Positions 50,535 through 64,000 of a DNA stretch of 64,000 nt are shown here, in pieces. The notes beneath the pieces were generated by a model, which made no database searches, was not told where the DNA came from, and saw only the letters and a list, made by a program, of their open reading frames with translations. Every line of letters starts with the position of its first letter. Positions within the stretch are counted from its first letter, which is position 1. A program made the position numbers and the translations under genes. This stretch comes from Octopus bimaculoides (Eukaryota): the NCBI RefSeq assembly GCF_001194135.2, contig NC_068984.1:24511768-24575767 (forward strand), in the 5' to 3' direction.

Positions 50535-51643
50535 GAAAAACAAATAAACAATTATCTAAGACTAAACATCTTACCTTTGTTTCATTATGATTTTTTATGA
50601 TCTTTACAGCCTCTTGAGTAAAGATTTCAGTTGAATAATGGCCAAGAGCATCTTTCGCTACATCCAAATTCCTATGAAAGTCATAACCAAGGTAATCCTA
50701 AAAGATAAAATATTAACCATTTAGTATTCAGATTGCTCTGTCAAATGCAATGCTCATTTATTCACGTTAGCTTCAATTAATCATGCATTACTTTGTAGTT
50801 TTGAAATTTTGATGGGATTATTGTTTATGTTTAGTATTACATTGTAGGGCAGGTGTGAGAGGCTGAATCTTGCTAGTTTGAATATAAAACAGGTGGAATA
50901 TTCAGGTTTCATATGGCTGGTTTAAATGCTAAAGAGTTAAATGTATCATTAGTTTTACTCTACATCATTCACCACCTTTATCATTTTAGTGACATGGCCA
51001 ATAAGGAGGCCCCTAGGCCAGATACTTTCAGCTATTGTGTGACATATGGACTGTAAGTGTGCTGAGAGTTTTTGAGATGGGTTCAAAATGCAATATTTAG
51101 AGAACTTGACTGTTTTTATTGTACAATAGTAACAAATTACAATGCAGGCATCTGTGTTTTAAAACCATTTCATACTTAACGTATGATAAAACTTTAAGAA
51201 GTTGATGGGGTAACATTGAACTTTTTAGCACCTTATTCAGTATAACATAGACAGTAAACGGTTGAAAATACCTGCTCAACACAGTCATATGGCATGTTAG
51301 AAAAATCAGTCAAGTCTCTCCCTAATCATACCCTACAAGGGAAAGACATGCTAAATTAGGTGGTCCTAGAAGCATATTGCATGAAAAAAAAAAGCAAATG
51401 CAATAGTCATGGTTTGAACACTTTTAATCGTAAGTCTGTTCAATCAATATTGACCATTTTGGACTGTAAATATATGATAAATATTGTCAATAAATATTAC
51501 AATCAGCCTGTTAATTTTCATTAAACAAAACTTAAAACATTTTATTTTATGACAAAATGAATAATAGTTAAATATATATGCTGCACCTGGTGTGTGTGTG
51601 TGTGTGTGTGTAAACACACACATATATATATATGTATATCATA

Positions 51644-51685
<42 letters not shown>

Positions 51686-52338
51686 GAGAATATACAAATA
51701 ATAACAACAGACGAGGACAGGTGGTGTAAATAACAAAAGGATATACACATATATGTGTATAACCACTAGGCATGGCTTAGTGATTAGGGTATTGAGCTCA
51801 TGGTTGCAAGGTTGTGAGTTGGATTCAAATTTCTTCTTGATTTCTTGAAATTACCTCCCCTTGTCCTTGAAAGTTGCCATTGGTTACTGCCAGATTTCTG
51901 TTTTCCATTCCTCACTCCAAAGAGAAACATCCCCTTGAAATGGGGAATGCATACACACATAGACATACGTGCACGCATTAGTTAAGTGTCCATTGTCATT
52001 AATATTTGATACATATGAAGCTAAACCAAACTTAAAAAAGATATTCTAGAAAACAATGTCAACAACAACTATACTATCAAGTCAAATTATATAACAGAGA
52101 ATGTAAAACTTGGCAATACATAGAAAAAACAAAGAAAAATACTTACACCTCTACCAGCAAGATGGAGGTAATAACTTTCTGCACCCAACCAGTAACCAAA
52201 GTGAGAACTGAAGCCACGCTTTGTAGGGGTATAATCTTCAGATATAAAACCAAGATGCCACTTTAAAATTAAAATGAAAAATGTTCAAATAATATTAAAA
52301 AATAAGTAATAAAGGGGTGGGGCTATATGAGGCTATGA

Positions 52339-52394
<56 letters not shown>

Positions 52395-55300
52395 GAGAAT
52401 TTACGAAAAAAACAACAACAGACGAGGACAGGTGGTGTAAACAACAAAAGGATGTATTAGTTTAATGCTTGGGAATAGAGAAAGTCTTTAACGTTTCGAG
52501 CTACGTTCTTCAACAGAAAGAATACGGAGAAAACAAGGAGAAAAACATGAAGAAAAAAAATTGAATGCTTTGGTCAGCGATCTATCAATACACATACACT
52601 GTTATTGATTAGGCAGGAAACACAGGATATAATGCCTGAGATATTAGACCTATTTTTAGGTAAATTCTAAATATGCCATGAGTTTTTCTCCATCAGCTCT
52701 CGTTATCCAGATATGTTAGTATACAATCAATTGAGCACAAGGATTGATGACAACAAATTATTGCTGTCTTTTGAATAAAAAAAAAATCACTACATACAAT
52801 AAAAATGATTTATTTCTGATTAAATTACATCCATAGAATCAAACAATAATGAAATAAGTGTAGAAAGTTATTATTGATACAACGTTCATTTACTCAGACA
52901 TCTCACAAAAGTGGTCTTTCAGAGACTACCTATAGTGAGCAATTCCAGGACAATCATGTTGAATGGTCCAAAGGCAATTCATCATCATATGAGTATCCCA
53001 CTGACCTCAGTGGCTTACTTTCATAGTTCTAAGATTTTAGTGGAATAGTTTGCCCTGTTCATCACTTGGGTCACCAAAGTCGTATGAGAAATGATCCAAA
53101 TGATCATAATGCAGTCAAATCAAAGGAAAGAAGAGAGCATGTTCTTCACCAATTCATAGTTATCAGCTTTATGACTCTCAAGAAAATTCCTTACAATGAA
53201 GATGAACAAATTCTATGCATCAACCTCAACACTGTTCGTTGAATCTTGGAAATGTGGGTCTTTCATGAACTCCCTGTTTTGTTGCCTGTCAAAAATATCT
53301 GCCATCAGCTTCTTTATGAACAGTGCAGGAAATGTTCTGCATATGTAGTTGAAGCAGTTCTCTTCTTTGTTCAAAGCCTTTGCAAGCTGTTTCATTAAAC
53401 TTAGTTTAATGTGCAGTGATGGTAAAATGGTTCTGAGATTTCATTTTTTCCCAGTGACCATGTTTTATCTCAGAGGCCATCGTTTTCTCACCCAGTGTTC
53501 ATCTTTATATCTACTATACCAGAGGCAAATAAAACAGAGATCTTTGGTGTAGCCATTCTACTGACTTAGAAAAGAAATTCACCATCCTAAGATGTACATA
53601 AATTAGCCATTGGTGATTGTTTCCTGCTTTTCAATCATCTTTATCGAATGATCAATTGGGATTGATCCATATTTGTTGTTATTGTGTAGAAATAAACATT
53701 TTAAGCTTTGCTTAGATCTATCTACAAATAACTGCCATTCAGTTGTTACATATTTTGATACATCCATTTTTGTCAATAAGCCTTGAACATCATTGCAAAT
53801 GAACAAAACCATTTTCCTCAGAGAAGAAGGGTAGTAAATTCATTTCTCTATTATGATAGTGGGTGATTTTGGTACATTTATTTATAAGCGCATTACTTCA
53901 AAAACTAGAGCTGCTAGAAACAAATGAAGGATATATTCTTATTCGGTCATCATCATCATCATCATTTAATGTCCATTGTTCATGTTGGCATTGGTTGGAC
54001 AATTTGACCAGGGCTGGCAAGCTGGAAGGCTGCACCAGACTCCAGTCTGATTTGGCATGGTCTCTACAGCTGGATGCCTTTTCTAATGCCAACCACTCTG
54101 AGAGTGTAATGTGTGCTTTTACATGCCACCAGCATGAGTGCCATTTGCATGACACCAGTATCTGCCATGAGTGCAATTTTGCCTGGCTTGATGGGTCTTC
54201 CCAAGCACGGCATAATGTCAAAGGTTTTGGTCATTTGTCATTGCCTCTGTGAGGCCCAACACTTGAAAGGTGCTTTTCATATGCCACTGGCATCAGCCAC
54301 CTTGCTTCCGTGAGGCCCAATGCTCAAAAGGTGCTTTTTTACATGCCACCAGCATGGGTGCCAGTCATGTGACACCAGCATTGGTGACAGATATGATTTC
54401 ACTTGGCTTGAAAAGTCATCTCAAGCACAACATATCGCCAAAGGCCTCGGTCACTAGTCATTGCCTCTGTGAGGCCCAAAGTTTGAAGATCATGCTTCAA
54501 CACCTGGGTCTACCTCTACCACAGGTACCCTCCATAGTTAGAGATCAGCACTGCTTTACTGCTTTACACAGCTGTCCTTGTCCATATGCATCACATGACC
54601 ATACCAGTGCAGTCATCTCTCTTGCACACATCTGATACTTCTTATGCCAAACATTTCTCTCAAGATGCTTACACTCTGTCGTACATGCACACTAACGTTG
54701 CACATCCAGTGAAGCATACTGGCTTCATTTCTTTCAGTGGTGTGAATATACCTAGAACCAAGTCTAAAATCTGAGACACCATAAAACTTTTAAAAATTTA
54801 TTCCCCAGTGTTATCAATATGCAGAAGCTTTTAAAGATCATCTTTGTCTACTAAATCGAAAAGCATTCTTAATAATACCCTTATTTAAGGAGTCAAGCAG
54901 TGGTGAGAACATTATTTTATGGTTGTTTTTCCAGGCTTTCATGGATCATTTTCCATCACAATATCTCACCACTTGTGGTTCTTTGTTATGGTCTTAATGA
55001 GATTCAGCCTCCAAAGAGTAGATTTTATCATTTCCTCTTCTTTTCCAGTATCTTTTTGAATTACTTTGTACTTCTTTATGCAACTATCACTCTCTAAAAG
55101 AATCACAGATTGGTACCACCTTATTCTTCTCTTTTACACACTACTTCTGATTCCTCTTAGTCATATACCCAGTTTTTATTTGCTCATTTATACATAGTCA
55201 TTCTTGAGCCTAACATCACATATCAAGCAGAGCATGTTTGTTTCATTTCCTTCCAGCCTCTACTATTCATGTTCTGCAACCATGAAACACTGCACTTTAT

Positions 55301-58300
55301 ACAAAAGCATCATACAACATGCCCTTCATCTAGAGAGAGAAACCCTTTGTTGCAAGCCTAGGTAATAGCTGCCTAAATTTTTGCCATCACATTTTTACTT
55401 TGGTTACTATTCTTATGGAATCATCGAGAACCTTTGAAGTATTTAAAAAAAAATTATTTTGTGGGTGTTCTAATAGCTAATTGATTTCACAAGTATCTTT
55501 TAATAGAATTTAATATAAAACAATATCTTTAAATTTGCTGCTGTTTTTGTACCAAAACAGAAGATTCATGGCAAAACTGACAGTATATTCATATTGATGT
55601 CTCATATATAATGAAGAATAGGTCTAACCTTCAAAGCTATAAAATTTGGGGGAGTTGGGGTAGGTCTTTGTTACCTATGAATGGTGAAATGATTGAAAAG
55701 TTTTCTAGTAATCATACAGGAAATAATAGATATAAACTTACCTTTCCAACAATATGAGAAGTATATCCAAGTTTATTTAGATATTCAGGCATAAGTGTTT
55801 CATTCAATGGTAAACCATATGTTTGAGAGCTACAAATTACCCCATGTTGCATACCTGATGTTGAAGAAATGACCACCATAAGTTTATGAGAAAACAGAAA
55901 CCAAAAATTTTACATATTTTTCTTCAATATATTGTAGATGCAGGCATGGCTGCATGGTACAAAGTCTGCTTCCTAACGACAAGGTTCTGGGTTCAGTCCT
56001 ACTGACTGGAACCTTGAGCAAGTATCTTCTACTAAGGCATACATATGTACATACATCTGTATGTATATATGTTTATTTTTAGTCTTGCAAGTTACTTGGC
56101 GACCTCACAAGTGTCAATGGCATGAAAACAACACCCAGTACACACTGTAAAGTAGTTGACATTAGGCAGAGCACTCTAGCTATAGAAGCCATGCCAAAAC
56201 TGACATTGGAGCCCAACACAGTGCTGCAGCTCATTAGATTCTGACAAATCATTCATTTCATGCCAGCAAAGAAAATAGACATTAAATGATTATTAATACT
56301 ATATATAAGCGCAGGTATTGCTGTGTGGTAAGAAGCTTGTTTCTCAACCACGAAAAAAGACTAAAGAACATAGGTTTTTTCTTAGTTATCATTTTGGGAT
56401 TCATTCTTCCAGTCACGTTTATTTGAGTCTAGATTTTTTTGTTGTTCTATTAGCTACTGACGAGTACAAATATGACTACTACGATTTTGTATTTATGAAT
56501 ATCTGGGTCCATTTGTATGAAACAATTGTATAGCAACATGAAATATAAAAAGTATAATCCATTTTAACATCCAATCTCTTCCATTACATAGATATGAATG
56601 AATTTGTTGAACTTTGTTTATAAGTTTAGTCATATACTAATTATTTGTATACAAGCTTTCATGCCTATACAAATTTATATAAGAAAATTCAAAAGTAAAG
56701 TATGAAAAAAAGACATTAGAAACCTTAGGAAAAAATTCCAAATAAAGGACAAACATACATTCATCCAATAAAATATACATATAAAAATATATATAATATA
56801 GGCGCAGGAGTGGCTGTGTGGTAAGTAGCTTGCTTACCAACCACATAGTTCCGGGTTCATTCCCACTGCGTGGCATCTTGGGTAAGTGTCTTCTACTATA
56901 GCCTCGTGCCAACCAAAGCCTTGTGAGTGGATTTGGTAGACGGAAACTGAAAGAAGCCCATCGTGTGTATACGTTTGTGTGTCTGTGTTTGTCCCCCTCC
57001 CCCCAACATCGCTTGACAACTGATGCTGGTGTGTTTAGGTCCCCGTAACTTAGCAGTTCGGCAAAAGAGACTGATAGAATAAGTACTAGGCATCCAAAGA
57101 ATAAGTCATGGGGTTGATTTACTCGACTAAAGGCGGTGCTCCAGCATGGCCGCAGTCAAATGACTGAAACAAGTAAAAGAGTAATATATAAATATATATA
57201 TATATATATATAAAACAATAATAAATGAGTATATGCATATATACGTACAGGTAAGTGCATACCTTCGTCTACTTGTATATATAGGTGCATATCTGGGTAC
57301 AGGACATTGCAAACAAAACGTAGACAAAAAAATAATTATAACCAGAGTACAGAAAACACACAAGCCACATAGAGAACATTTTCCTTCATCAACTACCCCC
57401 GTTTTGTGGTCTGATCAATAAGTATCCGGACTGTTGCCATAGTAACAAAACTAAAACACGCAGAGTGAAGCTGCTTGGCACTGATTGACCTTAAACTCTG
57501 CTGTGCATGCATGCTAAGTTATAAAATTCTAGCTCACTTCTGCTGTTTACAACAGTGCTTGGAAGGAACGTATGCAGTGTGTGATCATTGCATTGACCAT
57601 GAATCAGCATCAAATTTTGCCAAAAGTTTGACGATACCTGCTCAGAGACCTATGCAAAGTTGCAGAAAGTGTATGGAGAGGAGTGTATGAGCTGTAAAAA
57701 TGTCGATAGTGACAAATGTTCAGCAACCAACAGAACTGAGAAAAACATCACAGATGTGCATGCAGCTGTGAGGGTAAATCGTTGAATCACTATCCATAAG
57801 AGAATGTGCAGATTAGTTATGGTTCAGTTCAGTCCATTATTACTGAAGATTTGGACATGAAATGTATGTCTGTCAAGTTTGTGCTAAAATTGCTTTCAGC
57901 TGACAATGCACCAGTTCAGCGCAGCATGTGCAATAGTTTTTGGCTAGACACAGCATTCTTCAGGTCAGACGGACACTGTATTCTCCAGATCCTTGCAACT
58001 TTTTCCCCTTTCCAAATATCAAACCCCACTTGAAAGGAAGAAGATTTCAGGACATTGAGGAAATCAAAGTGAATGCGATGAGGCAGCTGTTGATTATCCC
58101 AAGAAAACGAGTTCCAGGAATGCTTCCATCAATGGAAACAGCACTGGATTAAATGTGTGGCTTCCAAAAGGGACTACTTTGAAGGAGATTAAATGCCAAA
58201 CTGCTACGTGCTGTAGTTTTGTTTTTATAGCACCAATCCGGATACTTATTGATCAGATCTTGTATATTTATGTGTGTGTGTTTGTGTTTCACCCCCTCAC

Positions 58301-59775
58301 CATCACATGACAACTGATGTTTATGCCCTCATAACATAGTAGTTTGGCAGAAGAGACCAATAGAATAGCACCAGCTTTACAAAGAATAAGCCCATGGGTT
58401 GATTATTTTCAACTAAAAGGTTGCACTCCAGCATGGCTAAAAGTATAAAAGTATATATATATTATATAAGTGTGTGTGTGTGTAAAATACAAAATTATAT
58501 ATTTAACAACATGTGATTTTAAACATTGTAAGTATCAATCTATGTTTGACATGGAAAAGAAATAGGGCAACTAATGAGATATAAACTATGTATCTATCAC
58601 TTTGTGGGTAAATGGATTCTCAATTATACTATGGAGTGCCAACAACACCCTCTACCACAAATTACTCAGAAATGTTTTAATAATTTTTTTGAACGGTACT
58701 ATGGTTGTCGTCACTAAATAATTAGGTCAGTTACTTGGTATAACAGAACAAGTTATACACCATATATATCAATATGGTATTGTGTATACAATATGTATTA
58801 TCCAACAGAGCAAGGCATTTCGCTTTAATTCATAGTTTACCACATATATCAAACTATGAATGAACTTTGAGTTAATGGCAAAGATTTTGAATATAAAGTG
58901 ATATTAGACATCGTAGACATAAAATTTCCTTTTTTTGTCTCAAATTGATACTGATATTAGATAATTAGTCATATTCTGAAATAATTTTGAGAGAATATGT
59001 CCTGATTATATAGCATGATTGTTTAATTTCCTGATTATATATCATCATCATTGTTTAATTTCCTGATTATGTATCATCATCATCATTGTTAATGTCTGTT
59101 TTCCATACTGGCATGGGTTGACTAGTTTGAGAGGACTGTCCAGGCTCCAGTTGTCTGTTTTGGCATAATTTCTATGGCAGGAGTGTGCTGGTTACTTTTT
59201 ACATACCACTGGCATGGGTGTTTAAGTAGTACTGGCACAAGTGCATTTTATGTGGCACTGGCATGAATGCAATTTACATGGAACTGGCATGAAGTGCATT
59301 TTACATAGCACATGCTTGAGTGCATTTTATGTGGCACTAGTACCTACAAGGCAAAAACCTCACAGCTGGGAGGGGGAATGGGGGCATGGCATAAAGGACA
59401 TGCCTGTATGTATGGATGACCACAATTTTACTTAGCTTGGTATGTTTTCTCAAGTACAGCAAATCACCACAAGTCCCAGCCCCATGTCATCTCCTCAGTG
59501 AGGCCCAGCACTTTATCCCACATCCATGCTAGCATGGAAGCTGGATGTTAATGACGACAACGATGATGACTTTTCCATGCTTGCATAAGTTGGACAGATT
59601 GTCTATGGCCAGGTGTCATTCCTGTCATCAGCTCTTAACCTGTTTCCTTTTCCACAGAAGAATGAAATGAAGCACACTGCTTGTATGATGGTGATACTCG
59701 TTTACAACCACCATGTGATATTGAGACAAGGGTATTATGTACAAACATATACACACTCACAGATACATATAAATT

Positions 59776-59836
<61 letters not shown>

Positions 59837-59876
59837 NNNNNNNNNNNNNNNNNNNNNNNNNNNNNNNNNNNNNNNN

Positions 59877-59919
<43 letters not shown>

Positions 59920-62544
59920 TACAGACTTCTTTCAGTTTTTGCCTACAAAATCCACTCACATGGTTCTGACCAGCTTCAGGCCACATAGTTGGGAAGCAAG
60001 CTCTGCATACATGCAGGTGTAGCTGTGTAGTTAGTAGCTTGCTTCCCAACCATGTGGTCTTGGGTTGAATCACACTGTGCTCCATTGCAGAGGTATAGTA
60101 GAAGACACAGGGCAAGGGTCTTCTACTGTAGCCCTGGGACAACTAAAAACTCATGAGTGGATTTGGTAGACAGAAACTGAAAGAGGCAACTGAGGCTACA
60201 TATTGGATTGTAATAATGGAATAAGCAGATGTACTTCAAGAGGAAACAGCTGAGATTTACCCTACCTTCACATGAGAGACTTAAGTTTTATTTAGAATTC
60301 CATGTAAATCCATATATGTCCAACTTCCAACCAGTTATTAAACATAATTTGTGTTCAAATTCTTGTTTATTATTTGAATAGATTACATAGTGCATATTCA
60401 AAAGCAGAATAAACCAGATTTGGTTAAAAAAACAACTTACCCATAAGGTGTATAATCACCTGTCTCTGTCTCTCTCTCTCTACACACACACACATACAAC
60501 ATATGAAAACAGCTGGCAATACACTTTGTTACTATTAGCAAATAAAAAATATTGAATCTAAATTAAAATTAAATGGTATTTTATAAAACTCAAATTATGG
60601 GATTGCTAAATGTCTCTGTTTGCAATGGCTAAACAGCATTTTTGTTTTTGTTTGTGTAGTTTTCAATAATTTAATTACTTTATCTATATATATATGAAAC
60701 CATTTAATGTACAGATAGATAATGCAAACATAATTACAGTTAATAAAAAATAAAGAAACAACATAAATATCATAAAAAGAGAAATAGACAAAAAAAAACA
60801 AAACACACAGATAAGTCAATAACAACAGCAGGAGTCATTTTGAAGAGGTAAAAACCAGAACATTTCTATTGCAGAAGATATTCAATGGATCAGAATGAAA
60901 TTTGTTTGATTGTATGTTATTTCTGAACAATCAAAATGCAAATGCCTAATAATGATGATATTTAACATGCTACCACTTCCTCATTAACTCTGTCTCATCC
61001 TTCACCTCTGTTCATTTATGTCCTCTTTAACTTTTTCCCTAATTACTGTATTTTGCAATGCATATAAAAATAGAAATGCATGATTGCTTTATAGAATAAA
61101 TGTCATGTGTTTGAGCGTTTATAAATAGTGTAAAAATAATTTACAGAGAACGAATAAGATATAATGATTTTTTGCCAACCTAAGATATAAAATAATGCAA
61201 ATGTGTATTAGTAGTACACTTGAAATGTTAAGTGTTAGAACCATTCACTCTTCTGGATTTATCAGTCTTAATTAGACACAAGCATGACTGTGTAGTTAAA
61301 AAGTTTGCTTCCTAACCATTGTTTTAAGTTCAGTCCCACTAAGTGATACCTTGGGCATGTGTCTTCCACTACAACCCAGAGCTGACAAAGGACTTGTGGG
61401 TGAAATAGAAAGATAGAAACTGAAAGAAGCCTGTAGTACATGTATATGTATATATATACGTATGAGTGTAAGCAATTTCATATTTCTCTTGTCACTCATA
61501 ATCAATGGCTCCAGTAACAGTATCATTTGTCTACAGTCCACACAGCAGCCTGGTCCTCCTCTTTGACATGCTCTCGTGATCTTCCTGAACAAAAAGCACA
61601 TTTCAGCGTCATTTGCTTCCAGTTCTCTGCATTAGTAAGTCCAGGCTGTTTGTTGGATAAATAGACTGGGAGGTTGTTACTTCACTTGGAAACAAGTAGG
61701 TGTTGGTGACAGGAAGGGTATCTGGCCACGGAAAGCTGTGCCCCAATATACTCTTGTCTGACACATGCAAATATGGAAAAGTAGACTTTAAAATGATGAT
61801 GCAGAAGATGACGATCACAGTGATGATGATGATGATGATGAAGAAGAATTAATTGAAATTTATGATACTGAATTTAACTTATATCAAGGTTCCTTATTGT
61901 TTTGAATTTACTTTGTCCTTCATTTCTTCAGCATTAATTAAATGTGTACCAGTAATATATTGATCTTGTCAGCTTGAGACAGTTGACACTTTTCATTGAG
62001 AGAGTCTTCTTTGCATACTGACATAAAAGAAATATCTGTTTTTACTTTGCAAATGCTTAATTGCAGCTAAAAGAAAGCCTAATGAAGAATTAACAGATTA
62101 TTGCTTGGAAAATATATTAGGTTGAGGAAAAAGTTTGTGCGCTGTGTTTTGAAGAATAGTTGTTGTTGTTTTTGAATAAATTCTTGCATAAAAAAAAAAT
62201 CATTATTTTAACACAGCGCATGAACTTTTTCCTCAACCTAGTAATTCTGGTGATTCAGTCTTGGTGACAAGACACAGCTATTAATAATAAATCCACTGGA
62301 GTTCAAGCAATTATCTACTCACTTGTCATGAGTTCAGTTAAAAAAGAAACCAATAATACACTGAAATTTAATTAAAAACATCACCTGTATGGATTGGATG
62401 CCGTCCAGTCATCAGAGCGCTTCGTGTTGGCGTGCAGATTGGTGAAACATAGTAATTATTCAAAATTATACCTTCAGAAGCCAAAGAATCTATATTTTTT
62501 GTCGGTATTTGGTTTGATCCATGAAAGCTCACATCATTCCAACC
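41246..62544 (-). CDS. ARSB: Arylsulfatase B-like (ARSB/I/J family) gene, 5'-incomplete; 7 coding exons in window, 495 aa + stop
   Basis: Exons join in frame. Motifs: [11 protein letters not shown] (FGly), IVGK|WHLG, PLFLY..AVH, STDNGG, NWPLRG.K..LWEGG.RG, H..DWLPTL, LFNI..DP.E. The symbol is a family-level assignment. Confidence 0.95.
44429..44633. mobile_element. piggyBac-type MITE (family 2)
   Basis: TTAA|CCCTTTTGATACCA ... TGGTAACAAAAGGG|TTAA, a 14-bp TIR with 1 mismatch. Confidence 0.8.
45022..45175 (-). CDS. ARSB: Arylsulfatase exon ([21 protein letters not shown])
   Basis: 154 nt, TAG / GTATGT. Confidence 0.97.
45801..46034 (+). mobile_element. Full-length tRNA-derived SINE (family D) with about 14-bp TSD
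   Basis: Central GTCGACTTTGC.TTTCATCCTTTCGGGGTCGATAAA..AGTACCAG domain; TSD ATAAGGTATT(A)TTAA. Other copies at about 20, 195, 3700, 4050, 35228, 39035, 42555, 62950 and 63300. Confidence 0.85.
46255..46399. promoter_or_regulatory. Intronic promoter/enhancer-like motif cluster
   Basis: ATCACGTGAC (46255), TTTCCCGCC (46299), CCAAT (46322), GTCACGTGAT (46343), TATATATA (46392); CpG-rich. Confidence 0.4.
48172..48298 (-). CDS. ARSB: Arylsulfatase exon ([18 protein letters not shown])
   Basis: 127 nt, TAG / GTAAGT. Confidence 0.96.
49490..50500 (+). mobile_element. 5'-truncated RTE LINE (ORF C-terminus + 3' UTR + (GAT)n)
   Basis: ORF 49612-50076 with [25 protein letters not shown], continuous into the common tail. 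Confidence 0.9.
50575..50697 (-). CDS. ARSB: Arylsulfatase exon ([25 protein letters not shown])
   Basis: 123 nt, TAG / GTAAGA. Confidence 0.94.
50717..50936. mobile_element. piggyBac-type MITE (family 1)
   Basis: TTAA flanks, CC..TTAG.ATT TIRs, homologous to 1591-1803. Confidence 0.7.
52147..52260 (-). CDS. ARSB: Arylsulfatase exon ([21 protein letters not shown])
   Basis: 114 nt, AAG / GTAAGT. Confidence 0.96.
52880..53860 (-). mobile_element. Decayed Chapaev-like (CMC superfamily) DNA transposase
   Basis: [29 protein letters not shown]; [21 protein letters not shown]; PSDEQG..FH, with many stops. Family assigned from recalled motifs. Confidence 0.65.
53945..54780 (-). mobile_element. 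Decayed RTE LINE 3' portion
   Basis: (CAT)n tail at 53946 and ORF C-terminal remnants at 54490-54775. Confidence 0.8.
55742..55854 (-). CDS. ARSB: Arylsulfatase exon ([14 protein letters not shown])
   Basis: 113 nt, CAG / GTAAGT. Confidence 0.96.
56801..57180 (+). mobile_element. Full-length tRNA-derived SINE (family E)
   Basis: A box TGGCTGTGTGG and B box-like GGGTTCATTCCC; 3' end CTCCAGCATGGCCGCAGTC..ATGACTGAAACAAGTAAAAGAG. Confidence 0.85.
57405..58263 (+). mobile_element. Internally deleted mariner transposon
   Basis: Perfect 21-bp TIR core TCTGATCAATAAGTATCCGGA (57410-57430 / 58237-58257). Transposase remnants include YSPD..CNFF.FP..K..LKGRRF and a YFEGD-like C-terminus. Confidence 0.88.
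62385..62544 (-). CDS. ARSB: Arylsulfatase exon ([33 protein letters not shown])
   Basis: 160 nt, TTTCAG / GTGATG; C-x-P-x-R at 62422-62436. Confidence 0.97.
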
Positions 62545-63965
62545 CTGAAAGAACCCAACAATTTAAAGAGATTTGAATTAATAACATTCATACCACATGC
62601 TTCAATATTATAATTGATAAATATTTTAGAAATAAATATATCGTAATTCTTACTAGTAATAACTTTAACACATTAGCTGCCACATATACCACGAGTGGTT
62701 CATCACAAACTTCACTCAACTGCCATATTCACCACTGAGGGTACATTCTCATAATTTGAGAAAATATTTTATTCTGTATCTTTGACATAGTTTTGAGGAT
62801 ATTCAAATAACGAGAGGTAAATATCAAAGTTTAATTATGAAATATGGTAAAAATCCGAAAAACGATTATATTTCTATGTAATTAAATAGCATTATTACCA
62901 ACACCAGTAAGTTCCAGTAACAAGCCATGACAGTTAACATGTTAATATATGAGCTCAAATTCCGCCGAGGTTGACTTTGCCTTTCATCCTTTCGGGGGTC
63001 GATAAATTAGGTACCAGTTACACACTGGGGTTGATGTAATCGACTTAATCCCCTTTGTCTGTCCTTGTTTGTCCCCTCAGTGTGGAGCCCCTTGTTGGCA
63101 GTAAAGAAATAAGAAACATTAGCACGCCAGGCAAAATGCTTAGCAATATTTTGTCTGTCTTTATGTTGTGAGTTCAAATTCCACCAAGGTCAACTTTGTC
63201 TTTCACCCTTTCGGTGCATACTGGGGTCAATCAGATCGACCAGCACCCACTCCCAAAATTACAGGGGTCAATCTAATTGAGTAGAAAAGAATATATGATC
63301 TGGTAGAATTGTTAGCATGCCAGGCAAAATGCTTACTGGTATTTCCTTCATCTCTATGTTCTCAGTTCAAATTCTGCCAATGTTGACTTTGATTTTCATC
63401 CTTCTGGGATCAGTAAAAAAAAAGTACCAGCTGAGCACTGGAGGTGATGTAGTCAACTTACCCCCTCCCCTGAAATTGCCGGTCTTGTACAAAAATCTGA
63501 AACCAATGTATACTACTTAACCCTGAACAATGATATCACAGAATGTTATTTATGTTGTCTTGCACAGTAATTTAGTAGAATGTAGTGATTACCATGATAT
63601 TAATTAACATTAAAATATTACGCTGACTAACAGAATAAGTTAGCTTTAACAAAATATTACAAGGATATCTTTTACCTTTTAATTTTTACTTGTTTCAGTA
63701 ATTGGATCGTGACCTTACTGGAGAACAGCCATAAAGGGTTTTAGATGAACAAATTGATGGTAGGGCCTTTTTTGTTTTTCAAGTCTGGCACTTATTCTAC
63801 TGCTCACTTTTGTTGAATTGCTAGGTTACTAGGTTACAATGATGCAAACAAACCAACACCAGCTATCAAAACACAAACACTATATATACATATATATACA
63901 TACACACACATATATATATACACATATATATGCACATATATACACACATATATATATACCATTAC

Positions 63966-64000
<35 letters not shown>

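Noticed and set aside
60441-60459. 19-nt CAG..GTAAGT-bounded mini-exon on the - strand
   Set aside because: There is no polypyrimidine tract, it would frameshift, and the flanking exons already join as the conserved HTG|MQH.
62866-62940. Hydrophobic 24-aa ORF on the - strand as the sulfatase signal-peptide exon
   Set aside because: It ends in a stop, lacks the ILADDL motif and has no suitable donor. The true first exon is probably beyond 64000.

Overview
Eukaryotic, AT-rich, repeat-dense animal genomic DNA with five N-gaps. The SINE and RTE families and the (CAT/GAT)n, (TA)n and (AAT)n tracts suggest a cephalopod, probably Octopus; this is inference, not a database result. Two intron-rich genes lie tail-to-tail. 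(1) On the + strand is a complete cytosolic alanyl-tRNA synthetase (AARS1): 22 coding exons from 9629 to 40408, 2874 nt, 957 aa, all junctions in frame. It includes one GC-AG intron and a 39-nt exon, plus a candidate non-coding first exon ending at 5319 flanked by two perfect ATF4-type amino-acid response elements. (2) On the - strand is an arylsulfatase B/I/J-family gene: 7 coding exons from 62544 to 41246, with the CTPTR formylglycine motif; its first exon lies outside the window. The remainder is SINEs, RTE LINE fragments, an R4/Dong-like fragment in (TAA)n, Penelope-like pieces, mariner and Chapaev-like remnants and MITEs. I found no CRISPR array, rRNA or intact tRNA gene, and no clear new multi-gene system. 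The best leads are regulatory, RNA-structural and mobile-element observations: the paired AAREs, a hammerhead-like fold, inverted RTE tails around an in-frame 312-nt exon pair, an intronic CLEAR-like cluster, a 53-bp micro-MITE, and a paired filled/empty insertion site.
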